This document shows positions 46,178 to 57,432 of a DNA stretch of 64,000 nucleotides, in pieces. Under the pieces are notes generated by a model. That model was not told the origin of the DNA. It made no database searches and was given only the letters and a program-made list of their open reading frames with translations. Each line of letters begins with the position of its first letter. The stretch's first letter is position 1. This DNA comes from Escherichia coli (lineage in GTDB: Bacteria > Pseudomonadota > Gammaproteobacteria > Enterobacterales > Enterobacteriaceae): assembly GCF_003334785.1 (NCBI RefSeq), contig NZ_QOWV01000004.1; one strand, 5' to 3'. Both the position numbers and the translations under genes were made by a program.

Positions 46178-46807
46178 TTATGCCCACTCATTTTTTAACG
46201 CTTGATGATGCAGCTGCAGCCATTGCAAAGCGATGACCGACGCTGCGTTGTCGATTTTCCCCTCTTCTACCCACTGGTATGCCTGTTCCCGGCTTACCAC
46301 ATGAACGCGAATATCTTCGTTTTCATCAGCCAGACCGTGAATACCGCTTGCGGTCGTGGCGTCCACTTCGCCCACCATAATTGACGAACGCTCACTGGTG
46401 CCCCCCGGGCTTGCCAGGAAACTTAACACCGGTTTGGTCCGTTTGACTATCAGTCCCGCCTCTTCAATCGCTTCGCGACGGGCAACATCTTCCACACTTT
46501 CACCCTCTTCAATCATCCCGGCAACCATCTCCAGTAGCCAAGGGGTTTCGCTGGTGTCGTACGCGGCAATCCGAATCTGCTCAATCAGCACAACTTCATC
46601 ACGCACTGGGTCAAAGGGTAGCAAGACTGCGGCGTGACCGCGCTCAAAAATTTCCCGCCGCACCTCATGACTCATTTGCCCGTTGAATAGACGATGACGA
46701 AATCTATAAAGATCTAATGAAAAAAAGCCGCGATAAAGTGTTTCTCGTGCAATAATTTCTACATCGTTTTTGCCAAATGTAACGGGCAGGTTGTCTGGCT
46801 TAAGCAT
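46178..46807 (-). CDS. nudF: ADP-ribose pyrophosphatase
   Basis: 209-aa ORF with Nudix box ([22 protein letters not shown]). Confidence 0.97.
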
Positions 46808-46915
46808 TGTTAATGTCCTGGCACTAATAGTGAATTAAATGTGAATTTCAGCGACGTTTGACTGCCGTTTGAGCAGTCATGTGTTAAATTGAGGCACATT
46901 AACGCCCTATGGCAC

Positions 46916-46936
46916 GTAACGCCAACCTTTTGCGGT
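46916..46936 (+). promoter_or_regulatory. Putative MarA/SoxS/Rob binding site (marbox) in tolC promoter
   Basis: atggcacgtaacgccaacc resembles the marbox consensus (GCAC...GC.AA); position upstream of tolC. Confidence 0.45.
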
Positions 46937-47011
46937 AGCGGCTTCTGCTAGAATCCGCAATAATTTTACAGTTTGATCGCGCTAAATACTGCTTCACCAC
47001 AAGGAATGCAA

Positions 47012-48493
47012 ATGAAGAAATTGCTCCCCATTCTTATCGGCCTGAGCCTTTCTGGGTTCAGTTCGTTGAGCCAGGCCGAGAACCTGATGCAAGTTTATCA
47101 GCAAGCACGCCTTAGTAACCCGGAATTGCGTAAGTCTGCCGCCGATCGTGATGCTGCCTTTGAAAAAATTAATGAAGCGCGCAGTCCATTACTGCCACAG
47201 CTAGGTTTAGGTGCAGATTACACCTATAGCAACGGCTACCGCGACGCGAACGGCATCAACTCTAACGCGACCAGTGCGTCCTTGCAGTTAACTCAATCCA
47301 TTTTTGATATGTCGAAATGGCGTGCGTTAACGCTGCAGGAAAAAGCAGCAGGGATTCAGGACGTCACGTATCAGACCGATCAGCAAACCTTGATCCTCAA
47401 CACCGCGACCGCTTATTTCAACGTGTTGAATGCTATTGACGTTCTTTCCTATACACAGGCACAAAAAGAAGCGATCTACCGTCAATTAGATCAAACCACC
47501 CAACGTTTTAACGTGGGCCTGGTAGCGATCACCGACGTGCAGAACGCCCGCGCACAGTACGATACCGTGCTGGCGAACGAAGTGACCGCACGTAATAACC
47601 TTGATAACGCGGTAGAGCAGCTGCGCCAGATCACCGGTAACTACTATCCGGAACTGGCTGCGCTGAATGTCGAAAACTTTAAAACCGACAAACCACAGCC
47701 GGTTAACGCGCTGCTGAAAGAAGCCGAAAAACGCAACCTGTCGCTGTTACAGGCACGCTTGAGCCAGGACCTGGCGCGCGAGCAAATTCGCCAGGCGCAG
47801 GATGGTCACTTACCGACTCTGGATTTAACGGCTTCTACCGGGATTTCTGACACCTCTTATAGCGGTTCGAAAACCCGTGGTGCCGCTGGTACCCAGTATG
47901 ACGATAGCAATATGGGCCAGAACAAAGTTGGCCTGAGCTTCTCGCTGCCGATTTATCAGGGCGGAATGGTTAACTCGCAGGTGAAACAGGCACAGTACAA
48001 CTTTGTCGGTGCCAGCGAGCAACTGGAAAGTGCCCATCGTAGCGTCGTGCAGACCGTGCGTTCCTCCTTCAACAACATTAATGCATCTATCAGTAGCATT
48101 AACGCCTACAAACAAGCCGTAGTTTCCGCTCAAAGCTCATTAGACGCGATGGAAGCGGGCTACTCGGTCGGTACGCGTACCATTGTTGATGTGTTGGATG
48201 CGACCACCACGTTGTACAACGCCAAGCAAGAGCTGGCGAATGCGCGTTATAACTACCTGATTAATCAGCTGAATATTAAGTCAGCTCTGGGTACGTTGAA
48301 CGAGCAGGATCTGCTGGCACTGAACAATGCGCTGAGCAAACCGGTTTCCACTAATCCGGAAAACGTTGCACCGCAAACGCCGGAACAGAATGCTATTGCT
48401 GATGGTTATGCGCCTGATAGCCCGGCACCAGTCGTTCAGCAAACATCCGCACGCACTACCACCAGTAACGGTCATAACCCTTTCCGTAACTGA
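47012..48493 (+). CDS. tolC: Outer membrane efflux channel TolC
   Basis: 493 aa from Met MKKLLPILIGLSLSGFSSLSQA... Confidence 0.98.
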   Translation: MKKLLPILIGLSLSGFSSLSQAENLMQVYQQARLSNPELRKSAADRDAAFEKINEARSPLLPQLGLGADYTYSNGYRDANGINSNATSASLQLTQSIFDMSKWRALTLQEKAAGIQDVTYQTDQQTLILNTATAYFNVLNAIDVLSYTQAQKEAIYRQLDQTTQRFNVGLVAITDVQNARAQYDTVLANEVTARNNLDNAVEQLRQITGNYYPELAALNVENFKTDKPQPVNALLKEAEKRNLSLLQARLSQDLAREQIRQAQDGHLPTLDLTASTGISDTSYSGSKTRGAAGTQYDDSNMGQNKVGLSFSLPIYQGGMVNSQVKQAQYNFVGASEQLESAHRSVVQTVRSSFNNINASISSINAYKQAVVSAQSSLDAMEAGYSVGTRTIVDVLDATTTLYNAKQELANARYNYLINQLNIKSALGTLNEQDLLALNNALSKPVSTNPENVAPQTPEQNAIADGYAPDSPAPVVQQTSARTTTSNGHNPFRN

Positions 48494-48500
48494 TGACGAC

Positions 48501-48520
48501 GACGGGGCTTCGGCCCCGTC
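48501..48520 (+). terminator. Hairpin downstream of tolC
   Basis: gacggggc-ttcg-gccccgtc perfect stem; weak T-tract. Confidence 0.4.
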
Positions 48521-48640
48521 TGAACGTAAGGCAACGTAAAGATACGGGTTATCTGCCGCATTCTTCCCCCTTCTCGCTTCAATTTCGACCAGCCATCCTC
48601 TATTCTGATGGGTATTTACCACTGGTCCCGGAAGACAAAA

Positions 48641-49312
48641 ATGAAACGGACAAAATCCATACGCCACGCATCGTTCCGCAAAAACTGGAGCGCACGCCAT
48701 CTGACACCAGTCGCTCTCGCGGTTGCCACTGTTTTTATGCTGGCTGGCTGTGAAAAGAGTGATGAAACAGTGTCTCTCTATCAAAATGCTGACGACTGTT
48801 CAGCTGCAAACCCAGGCAAAAGCGCCGAATGTACCACCGCGTACAACAATGCGCTGAAAGAAGCCGAACGTACTGCGCCGAAATACGCCACCCGTGAAGA
48901 CTGTGTTGCTGAATTTGGTGAAGGTCAGTGCCAGCAGGCACCAGCCCAGGCTGGCATGGCACCAGAAAACCAGGCGCAGGCCCAGCAATCCAGCGGGAGT
49001 TTCTGGATGCCGCTGATGGCCGGTTACATGATGGGGCGTCTGATGGGCGGCGGCGCGGGATTTGCACAGCAGCCGCTGTTCTCCTCGAAAAACCCAGCCA
49101 GTCCGGCTTACGGTAAATATACCGACGCGACGGGTAAAAACTATGGCGCAGCCCAGCCAGGCCGCACCATGACCGTACCGAAGACGGCAATGGCACCAAA
49201 ACCGGCGACCACCACTACCGTTACCCGTGGCGGTTTTGGTGAATCTGTTGCCAAACAAAGCACTATGCAGCGTAGTGCAACCGGTACCTCTTCTCGTTCA
49301 ATGGGTGGCTGA
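48641..49312 (+). CDS. ygiB: DUF1190-family lipoprotein YgiB
   Basis: 223 aa from internal Met [16 protein letters not shown]...; lipobox LAGC. Confidence 0.92.
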
Positions 49313-49317
49313 TACCG

Positions 49318-50478
49318 ATGGAAAGAGTCAGTATTACCGAGCGCCCGGACTGGCGTGAGAAAGCCCACGAATACGGTTTCAATTTTCACACCATGTACGG
49401 CGAGCCGTACTGGTGTGAAGATGCTTACTACAAGTTGACCCTCGCCCAGGTTGAAAAGCTGGAAGAAGTCACCGCCGAACTGCACCAGATGTGCCTGAAA
49501 GTGGTGGAAAAAGTGATCGCCAGCGATGAGCTGATGACCAAATTCCGCATTCCAAAACACACCTGGAGTTTTGTGCGCCAGTCATGGCTGACGCACCAGC
49601 CATCGCTTTATTCGCGTCTTGATCTGGCGTGGGATGGCACTGGTGAACCTAAACTTCTGGAAAATAACGCCGATACGCCAACGTCACTATACGAGGCGGC
49701 GTTCTTTCAGTGGATCTGGCTGGAAGATCAGCTTAACGCCGGTAACTTGCCGGAGGGCAGCGACCAGTTTAACAGTCTGCAAGAAAAACTGATCGATCGC
49801 TTCGTTGAGCTGCGTGAACAGTATGGCTTCCAGTTGCTGCATCTCACCTGCTGTCGCGACACGGTGGAAGATCGCGGAACCATTCAGTATTTGCAGGACT
49901 GCGCAACGGAAGCTGAAATTGCTACTGAGTTCCTCTACATCGATGATATCGGGTTAGGTGAAAAAGGTCAGTTCACGGATTTACAGGATCAGGTAATTTC
50001 CAACCTGTTCAAACTGTATCCGTGGGAATTTATGTTGCGTGAGATGTTCTCAACCAAGCTGGAGGATGCAGGCGTACGCTGGCTGGAACCGGCGTGGAAG
50101 AGCATTATCTCCAACAAGGCACTTCTACCGCTACTGTGGGAGATGTTCCCGAATCACCCGAACCTGCTGCCCGCTTATTTTGCGGAAGATGATCATCCGC
50201 AAATGGAAAAATATGTGGTTAAACCGATCTTCTCCCGTGAAGGCGCAAACGTGTCGATCATTGAGAACGGCAAAACCATTGAAGCAGCGGAAGGTCCGTA
50301 TGGCGAAGAAGGGATGATTGTTCAGCAATTCCACCCGTTACCGAAATTCGGCGACAGCTATATGCTGATTGGTAGCTGGCTGGTGAACGATCAACCCGCC
50401 GGAATTGGCATTCGTGAAGACCGTGCATTGATCACCCAGGATATGTCTCGGTTTTATCCACATATTTTTGTTGAATAA
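49318..50478 (+). CDS. ygiC: Glutathionylspermidine synthase-like ATP-grasp protein YgiC
   Basis: 386-aa ORF, paralogous to Gss synthetase domain. Confidence 0.95.
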
Positions 50479-50486
50479 GCCACGAT

Positions 50487-50510
50487 ACCGGATGGCACTC
50501 GCCATCCGGT
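50487..50510. terminator. Bidirectional hairpin between convergent ygiC and ygiD
   Basis: accggatggc-actc-gccatccggt perfect stem. Confidence 0.5.
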
Positions 50511-50515
50511 AATTG

Positions 50516-51331
50516 TTAGCCTATCTGCACCGACAGCATACTCAGGCTGCCCATTTCTATACCCTCAACCGGAATGGTAATTGGCTCCTGCCCATCCCAC
50601 GCACCTAACACATACAACAACGGCAAATAATGCTCTGGCGTTGGGTTCGATAACGTGCCACCTTCATGGTCGAGGTAATTCACCAGAGGATGTTGTTCCA
50701 CTGGCCCTTGCCACGTCAGATTCGCTTTCACATACTCATTAAACGACGTCGCCCACGGATACGGTGAACTATCACCGTGCCACTTCACTGTGCGCAGGTT
50801 ATGCACCACGTTACCGCTGGCGACCAACATTATTCCTTCATCTCGCAGCGCTGCCAGTTTGCGCCCCATTTCGAAATGCCAGGCGGCAGGTTTGCTACTG
50901 TCGATACTCAACTGCACCATCGGGATATCAGCGTCAGGATACATCTTAATCAGCACGCCCCACGAGCCGTGGTCAAAGCCCCAGGCTTCTTTATCCAGCG
51001 TCACCGGGATCGGCGCTAACAGCTCAACCAGACGCTGTGCCAGCGCAGGCGAACCCGGAGCAGGATAATGCGTATCGTACAGCGCCTGCGGGAAGCCACC
51101 AAAGTCATGAATCGTGGGCGGCGTCTCCATCGCGGTCACTCCTGTTCCACGGGTAAACCAGTGAGCCGAAACCACCACAATCGCTTGCGGGCGTGGCAAT
51201 GTCATCCCCAACTTCTGCCAGCTGCGGGTATACAAATTATCTTCCAGCACGTTCATCGGACTACCGTGACCTAAAAACAATGCTGGCATACGTGTTGAAG
51301 ACATGATGATATCCTTAACTAAAGGTGTCAT
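50516..51331 (-). CDS. ygiD: Extradiol dioxygenase-family protein YgiD (DOPA dioxygenase-like)
   Basis: 271-aa ORF; annotated start may be an internal Met. Confidence 0.92.
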   Translation of the reverse strand: MTPLVKDIIMSSTRMPALFLGHGSPMNVLEDNLYTRSWQKLGMTLPRPQAIVVVSAHWFTRGTGVTAMETPPTIHDFGGFPQALYDTHYPAPGSPALAQRLVELLAPIPVTLDKEAWGFDHGSWGVLIKMYPDADIPMVQLSIDSSKPAAWHFEMGRKLAALRDEGIMLVASGNVVHNLRTVKWHGDSSPYPWATSFNEYVKANLTWQGPVEQHPLVNYLDHEGGTLSNPTPEHYLPLLYVLGAWDGQEPITIPVEGIEMGSLSMLSVQIG

Positions 51332-51446
51332 TTTGATATCCTCACAATACGCTTGTTCGGCGGAGTAAGAACCCGGATAACAATGATGATGATCATCAGT
51401 TATTTTGACGATCTGCCTGAAGGTGAAGATTTATAAGGAGTTGTCG

Positions 51447-52220
51447 ATGTCAGTACCTCTCATTCTGACCATACTGGCGGGGGCAGCCACGTTTATTGGC
51501 GCGTTTCTCGGCGTTCTCGGGCAAAAACCCTCGAACCGCTTACTGGCGTTTTCGCTAGGTTTTGCGGCGGGGATCATGTTGCTCATCTCATTAATGGAAA
51601 TGCTTCCTGCCGCACTAGCAGCTGAAGGAATGTCGCCTGTGTTGGGTTATGGAATGTTTATCTTCGGTCTGCTTGGCTATTTTGGCCTGGACCGCATGTT
51701 GCCACATGCTCATCCGCAGGATTTAATGCAAAAATCGGTGCAGCCGTTGCCAAAATCGATCAAGCGCACAGCCATTCTGCTCACTCTCGGCATCAGTCTG
51801 CATAACTTCCCGGAAGGGATTGCCACCTTTGTCACGGCGAGCAGCAACCTGGAGCTGGGATTTGGCATCGCACTGGCCGTCGCGTTGCACAATATCCCTG
51901 AAGGTCTGGCAGTGGCAGGCCCGGTTTATGCGGCAACGGGGTCTAAACGCACCGCGATTCTGTGGGCGGGGATTTCTGGACTAGCAGAAATTCTTGGTGG
52001 TGTGCTGGCGTGGTTAATCCTCGGTAGCATGATTTCCCCGGTGGTCATGGCGGCAATCATGGCGGCGGTTGCAGGAATTATGGTGGCGCTCTCGGTTGAT
52101 GAATTAATGCCGCTCGCCAAAGAGATTGACCCTAATAATAACCCCAGCTATGGCGTACTATGTGGAATGTCAGTGATGGGATTCAGTTTAGTGCTGCTAC
52201 AAACGGCGGGAATTGGTTAA
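51447..52220 (+). CDS. zupT: Zinc transporter ZupT (ZIP family)
   Basis: 257 aa from internal Met [22 protein letters not shown]... Confidence 0.97.
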
Positions 52221-52277
52221 AAACAACATCAGAAGTTGTCCAGCGCATGGACAACTTCTGCCAGCTTCACGAAAGCC

Positions 52278-52448
52278 TTATTCTACCTTTTCGGCTGTCT
52301 CTTCTCTCGTACTGTTTAAGTATTTGTTCCGCGCTTCAAGCAGTGCGTCTCTGTCCTGGCGAAACGCCCGACAATAACGTTTCAAATGCAGGAAATAACC
52401 CACCACAACCAGAGCAATCAATACAATCCAGTACCAGGCGATAAACAT
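52278..52448 (-). CDS. Candidate small membrane protein (56 aa)
   Basis: ATG preceded by AAGGGTAAAAGG ribosome-binding site; one predicted TM helix (FIAWYWIVLIALVVVGYFL) and a charged C-terminal tail; own AT-rich upstream region. Confidence 0.5.
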   Translation of the reverse strand: MFIAWYWIVLIALVVVGYFLHLKRYCRAFRQDRDALLEARNKYLNSTREETAEKVE

Positions 52449-52649
52449 CCTTTTACCCTTAATATTTAACAATACTAAACATTTAGCGTATAAATTTCAC
52501 ATATCCTTTTTCGGATATATTCATATGGTCGCATAATAACGGAACAATTATATGATTTTGATCATAATGAAAAAGAATGCCTGATATTAATGAAATTTTC
52601 TCATAGAAAGAGAAGCGGAATTAACATCTTGCATAGCAGGGAAAAATAA

Positions 52650-52677
52650 AAACCGAAGCCTGCTACAACTTCGGTTT
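52650..52677 (-). terminator. Rho-independent terminator of ribB
   Basis: aaaccgaag / cttcggttt stem followed by T-run on the minus strand. Confidence 0.7.
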
Positions 52678-52709
52678 CTTGATTAAGGCAGTAAATTAAG
52701 CAGCGGTTT

Positions 52710-53363
52710 TCAGCTGGCTTTACGCTCATGTGCCTGACGGTATGCCACCAGGTCTTCAATAGTCACGAGCGCCATATTGTGTTTATTGGCAAACTCAATA
52801 CACTCTGGTGCACGCGCCATCGTGCCATCGTCATTAGTCAGCTCACACAGTACACCAGCCGGTTTAAAGCCTGCCAGCGTCATCAGATCAATAGTTGCTT
52901 CAGTATGACCGCCACGCGTCAGTACACCACCTGCCTGAGCGCGAAGTGGGAAAACGTGGCCAGGACGATTCAGATCTGACGGTTTTGCGCCATCGGCAAT
53001 CGCTGCGCGAACGGTCGTAATACGGTCAGCGGCAGAAACACCGGTAGTCACACCTTCAGCTGCTTCAATGGTCACGGTAAAACCGGTGCCATAGGCGCTG
53101 GTGTTATTTTCTACCATCATTGGCAGATCGAGTTGTTTACGGCGATCTTCAGTAATGCACAGGCAAACAATACCGCTACCGTGGCGAATGGTCAGCGCCA
53201 TCTGCTCAACAGTCATGGTTTCTGCCGGGAAGATCATATCACCTTCGTTTTCACGGTCTTCATCATCAAGCACCATTACACCGCGTCCTTCACGCAGCGC
53301 AGCCAGTGCATTTTCAACACGTTCGAAAGGCGTACCAAAAGAGGAAAGTAGCGTCTGATTCAT
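52710..53363 (-). CDS. ribB: 3,4-dihydroxy-2-butanone 4-phosphate synthase
   Basis: 217-aa [45 protein letters not shown]... Confidence 0.98.
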   Translation of the reverse strand: MNQTLLSSFGTPFERVENALAALREGRGVMVLDDEDRENEGDMIFPAETMTVEQMALTIRHGSGIVCLCITEDRRKQLDLPMMVENNTSAYGTGFTVTIEAAEGVTTGVSAADRITTVRAAIADGAKPSDLNRPGHVFPLRAQAGGVLTRGGHTEATIDLMTLAGFKPAGVLCELTNDDGTMARAPECIEFANKHNMALVTIEDLVAYRQAHERKAS

Positions 53364-53630
53364 GGTAAAAAAACCTCACTAAAATTATGGTTACCAGAAT
53401 CAGGGCAGTCTTAGGAGTGGCGGCATATAGCCAAAATAACGTGAGCGGGTCCATGCCCGACAGAATCGTTACTCTCTCCCATCCGGACTCTAACCGTCGG
53501 CCCCGGAATTACACCGGATCTGCTGTCCTTTGAGTTCGCACCCAAAGCGCTCGCGGGCTTTCAACTGAGTTGATTTACCGCCGGTGGGGAATTTCGCCCC
53601 GCCCTGAGAATAAGCGGATTCACTATAACG
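53364..53630 (-). promoter_or_regulatory. FMN riboswitch (RFN element) in ribB 5' leader
   Basis: Minus-strand leader contains the conserved core ...ttctcagggcggggcgaaattccccaccggcggtaaatcaactcagttgaaagcccgcgagcgctttgggtgcgaactcaaaggacagcagatccggtgtaattccggggccgacggttagagtccggatgggagagagt (aptamer about 53470-53625). Confidence 0.85.
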
Positions 53631-53736
53631 CTAATGATTAGCGGCAGCAACGCATAGCTTCACATAATTCTGGTTTATGACTTACCCTTATCGCACTACA
53701 ATGGCACTCAACACCTATCAGTACAGGGAAACTACA

Positions 53737-54027
53737 ATGATTGACCCGAAAAAAATTGAGCAAATCGCTCGCCAGGTTCACGAATCAATGCCTAAAGGAA
53801 TCAGGGAGTTCGGGGAAGATGTGGAGAAAAAAATCCGCCAAACCCTACAAGCGCAGCTGACGCGCCTCGACCTTGTAAGCCGTGAAGAGTTCGACGTCCA
53901 AACGCAAGTCCTGTTACGGACTCGTGAAAAACTGGCGCTGCTTGAACAAAGAATCAGCGAACTGGAAAATCGCAGTACTGAGATCAAAAAGCAGCCAGAT
54001 CCAGAGACTCTCCCCCCAACGCTGTAA
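53737..54027 (+). CDS. ubiK: Ubiquinone biosynthesis accessory factor UbiK (YqiC)
   Basis: 96 aa from internal Met [21 protein letters not shown]... Confidence 0.93.
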
Positions 54028-54310
54028 ACATTCGTCTTTAATGCACTGTAAATTATGAATTAATCCTCTAATTTATAGTGCTTTCTATTACCTTATCGCG
54101 TAATCCCATTCAGAAAACCATCACAAAAATGAATGAGTACAATTGAAAGTATAATTGCAATGTATTTTTTAAGTTTTACTTAATCGATATTTAGATAAAC
54201 TAATTTTATAAAAAACACAAAATAAAATATCATATTTCAATGATTAGTAGTCCTTAAATAACAGTTACTAATCATTCTCTTTTCTACTTATCTTTATATA
54301 AAGGAATATT

Positions 54311-54862
54311 ATGTCCGCTTTTAAAAAGTCACTTCTTGTTGCTGGCGTAGCAATGATTCTTTCCAATAACGTGTTTGCTGATGAAGGTCACGGTATTGTT
54401 AAATTTAAAGGTGAAGTTATCTCTGCTCCATGTTCTATTAAACCAGGTGACGAAGATTTAACTGTAAATCTGGGTGAAGTAGCAGATACCGTACTGAAAA
54501 GCGATCAGAAATCTTTGGCTGAACCTTTCACTATTCACCTGCAGGACTGCATGCTGAGTCAGGGTGGAACTACTTATTCAAAAGCGAAGGTTACTTTCAC
54601 TACAGCAAATACCATGACGGGTCAGTCTGATCTTCTGAAAAATACCAAAGAAACTGAAATCGGCGGCGCCACTGGCGTTGGCGTACGTATTCTGGACAGC
54701 CAGAGCGGCGAAGTAACTTTAGGTACTCCGGTAGTAATTACGTTCAACAATACCAACAGCTATCAGGAACTGAATTTCAAAGCTCGTATGGAATCCCCAA
54801 GCAAAGATGCCACCCCGGGCAACGTTTACGCTCAGGCTGACTACAAGATTGCTTACGAGTAA
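54311..54862 (+). CDS. ygiL: Fimbrial major subunit-like protein YgiL
   Basis: 183-aa ORF with signal peptide, fimbrial subunit C-terminal motif; AT-rich upstream region. Confidence 0.92.
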   Translation: MSAFKKSLLVAGVAMILSNNVFADEGHGIVKFKGEVISAPCSIKPGDEDLTVNLGEVADTVLKSDQKSLAEPFTIHLQDCMLSQGGTTYSKAKVTFTTANTMTGQSDLLKNTKETEIGGATGVGVRILDSQSGEVTLGTPVVITFNNTNSYQELNFKARMESPSKDATPGNVYAQADYKIAYE

Positions 54863-54912
54863 TCGCATTTGGCCGGGTTCGCCCGGCCACATCATTAACG
54901 GATTAATGATAA

Positions 54913-57426
54913 GTGGATCAGATGTATAAAAAATTAAAATTAACCACAATAAGCGAATTGATTAAAAATATTTATTGTTCATTATCCGTTATCATCATTG
55001 GTTGTGCGTCAGCTTATGCCGTTGAATTCAACAAAGATTTAATCGAAGCCGAAGATCGTGAAAACGTTAACCTTTCCCAATTTGAAACTGATGGCCAATT
55101 ACCCGTCGGCAAATATTCACTAAGTACTCTGATTAATAATAAGAGGACGCCAATCCACCTTGACCTCCAATGGGTATTAATTGATAACCAAACTGCAGTT
55201 TGCGTGACACCAGAGCAATTAACATTATTAGGATTTACTGATGAATTTATTGAAAAAACTCAGCAAAACCTGATCGATGGTTGTTACCCTATCGAAAAAG
55301 AAAAACAAATTACAACTTATCTCGATAAAGGGAAAATGCAATTATCCATATCTGCACCTCAGGCATGGTTAAAATACAAAGATGCAAACTGGACGCCTCC
55401 TGAACTTTGGAATCATGGTATTGCTGGGGCATTTCTTGACTACAATTTATATGCCTCTCATTATGCACCACATCAGGGCGATAATTCGCAAAATATAAGT
55501 TCCTATGGGCAGGCTGGGGTTAATCTTGGGGCCTGGCGCCTGCGTACTGATTACCAGTACGATCAGTCATTTAACAATGGCAAAAGCCAGGCGACCAACC
55601 TGGATTTTCCGCGTATTTATTTGTTTCGCCCAATCCCAGCAATGAATGCAAAACTAACTATAGGTCAATACGATACTGAATCCTCTATTTTCGACTCTTT
55701 CCATTTTTCTGGCATTTCGTTGAAAAGCGATGAGAATATGTTACCGCCAGACCTACGTGGTTACGCACCGCAAATCACGGGTGTCGCACAAACGAATGCA
55801 AAGGTCACTGTCTCACAGAACAACCGTATTATTTATCAAGAAAATGTTCCTCCAGGCCCATTTGCTATTACCAATTTATTCAATACATTACAGGGGCAAC
55901 TTGACGTCAAGGTTGAAGAAGAGGACGGACGCGTTACGCAATGGCAAGTTGCATCTAATAGTATTCCTTATCTGACGCGTAAAGGGCAGATTCGCTACAC
56001 CACTGCTATGGGTAAACCGACCAGCGTTGGTGGTGATTCCTTACAACAACCCTTCTTCTGGACTGGTGAATTCTCATGGGGTTGGCTGAACAATGTATCC
56101 CTGTATGGTGGTTCAGTTTTAACAAACCGTGATTATCAATCTCTGGCTGCCGGCGTTGGTTTTAACCTTAACTCATTAGGTTCATTATCTTTTGATGTCA
56201 CACGATCTGATGCTCAGTTGCATAATCAGGATAAAGAAACGGGTTATAGCTACCGCGCTAACTATTCAAAACGTTTTGAATCTACCGGTAGCCAGCTCAC
56301 TTTCGCTGGTTACCGTTTCTCTGATAAAAACTTTGTGACAATGAATGAATATATCAATGACACTAACCATTACACGAATTATCAGAATGAAAAAGAGAGT
56401 TATATTGTCACGTTTAACCAGTATCTTGAATCATTAAGGTTAAATACATACGTAAGTTTGGCTCGTAATACTTACTGGGACGCCAGCAGTAATGTGAATT
56501 ATTCATTATCACTTAGCCGCGATTTTGATATCGGGCCATTAAAAAACGTCTCCACTTCTCTAACATTTAGCCGAATAAACTGGGAAGAAGACAACCAGGA
56601 TCAACTGTACCTAAATATTTCGATTCCCTGGGGAACTAGTAGAACATTGAGCTATGGTATGCAACGAAATCAGGATAATGAGATTTCGCATACTGCTTCG
56701 TGGTATGACTCTTCCGATCGAAATAATTCCTGGAGCGTTTCTGCTTCAGGCGACAATGATGAATTCAAAGATATGAAAGCGTCACTACGCGCCAGTTATC
56801 AGCATAATACCGAGAACGGTCGACTCTACCTCTCCGGTACATCACAGCGAGACAGTTATTATTCTCTGAATGCCAGTTGGAATGGTTCATTCACTGCGAC
56901 TCGCCACGGTGCCGCTTTCCACGACTATAGCGGTAGTGCTGACTCGCGTTTTATGATCGACGCAGACGGCACTGAAGATATTCCGTTGAACAATAAACGC
57001 GCGGTAACTAATCGGTATGGCATCGGAGTTATTCCATCAGTCAGCAGTTACATAACAACATCATTAAGTGTTGATACCCGAAATCTGCCAGAAAATGTGG
57101 ATATCGAAAACTCGGTTATCACCACCACCTTAACCGAGGGTGCTATTGGCTACGCCAAACTTGATACCCGCAAGGGCTACCAAATCATAGGGGTTATTCG
57201 CCTGGCAGATGGTAGTCATCCACCACTGGGGATTAGCGTAAAAGATGAAACCAGCCACAAAGAATTAGGACTGGTTGCTGATGGCGGCTTTGTATACCTC
57301 AACGGCATTCAGGATGATAACAAACTTGCTTTACGCTGGGGTGACAAATCTTGTTTTATTCAACCACCCAATAGCAGCAACTTAACCACCGGAACGGCTA
57401 TTTTACCGTGTATTAGCCAAAATTAA
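54913..57426 (+). CDS. yqiG: Fimbrial outer membrane usher YqiG, uninterrupted
   Basis: 837-aa continuous ORF, usher family; no insertion sequence present. Confidence 0.92.
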   Translation: MDQMYKKLKLTTISELIKNIYCSLSVIIIGCASAYAVEFNKDLIEAEDRENVNLSQFETDGQLPVGKYSLSTLINNKRTPIHLDLQWVLIDNQTAVCVTPEQLTLLGFTDEFIEKTQQNLIDGCYPIEKEKQITTYLDKGKMQLSISAPQAWLKYKDANWTPPELWNHGIAGAFLDYNLYASHYAPHQGDNSQNISSYGQAGVNLGAWRLRTDYQYDQSFNNGKSQATNLDFPRIYLFRPIPAMNAKLTIGQYDTESSIFDSFHFSGISLKSDENMLPPDLRGYAPQITGVAQTNAKVTVSQNNRIIYQENVPPGPFAITNLFNTLQGQLDVKVEEEDGRVTQWQVASNSIPYLTRKGQIRYTTAMGKPTSVGGDSLQQPFFWTGEFSWGWLNNVSLYGGSVLTNRDYQSLAAGVGFNLNSLGSLSFDVTRSDAQLHNQDKETGYSYRANYSKRFESTGSQLTFAGYRFSDKNFVTMNEYINDTNHYTNYQNEKESYIVTFNQYLESLRLNTYVSLARNTYWDASSNVNYSLSLSRDFDIGPLKNVSTSLTFSRINWEEDNQDQLYLNISIPWGTSRTLSYGMQRNQDNEISHTASWYDSSDRNNSWSVSASGDNDEFKDMKASLRASYQHNTENGRLYLSGTSQRDSYYSLNASWNGSFTATRHGAAFHDYSGSADSRFMIDADGTEDIPLNNKRAVTNRYGIGVIPSVSSYITTSLSVDTRNLPENVDIENSVITTTLTEGAIGYAKLDTRKGYQIIGVIRLADGSHPPLGISVKDETSHKELGLVADGGFVYLNGIQDDNKLALRWGDKSCFIQPPNSSNLTTGTAILPCISQN

Positions 57427-57432
57427 TTCAGG

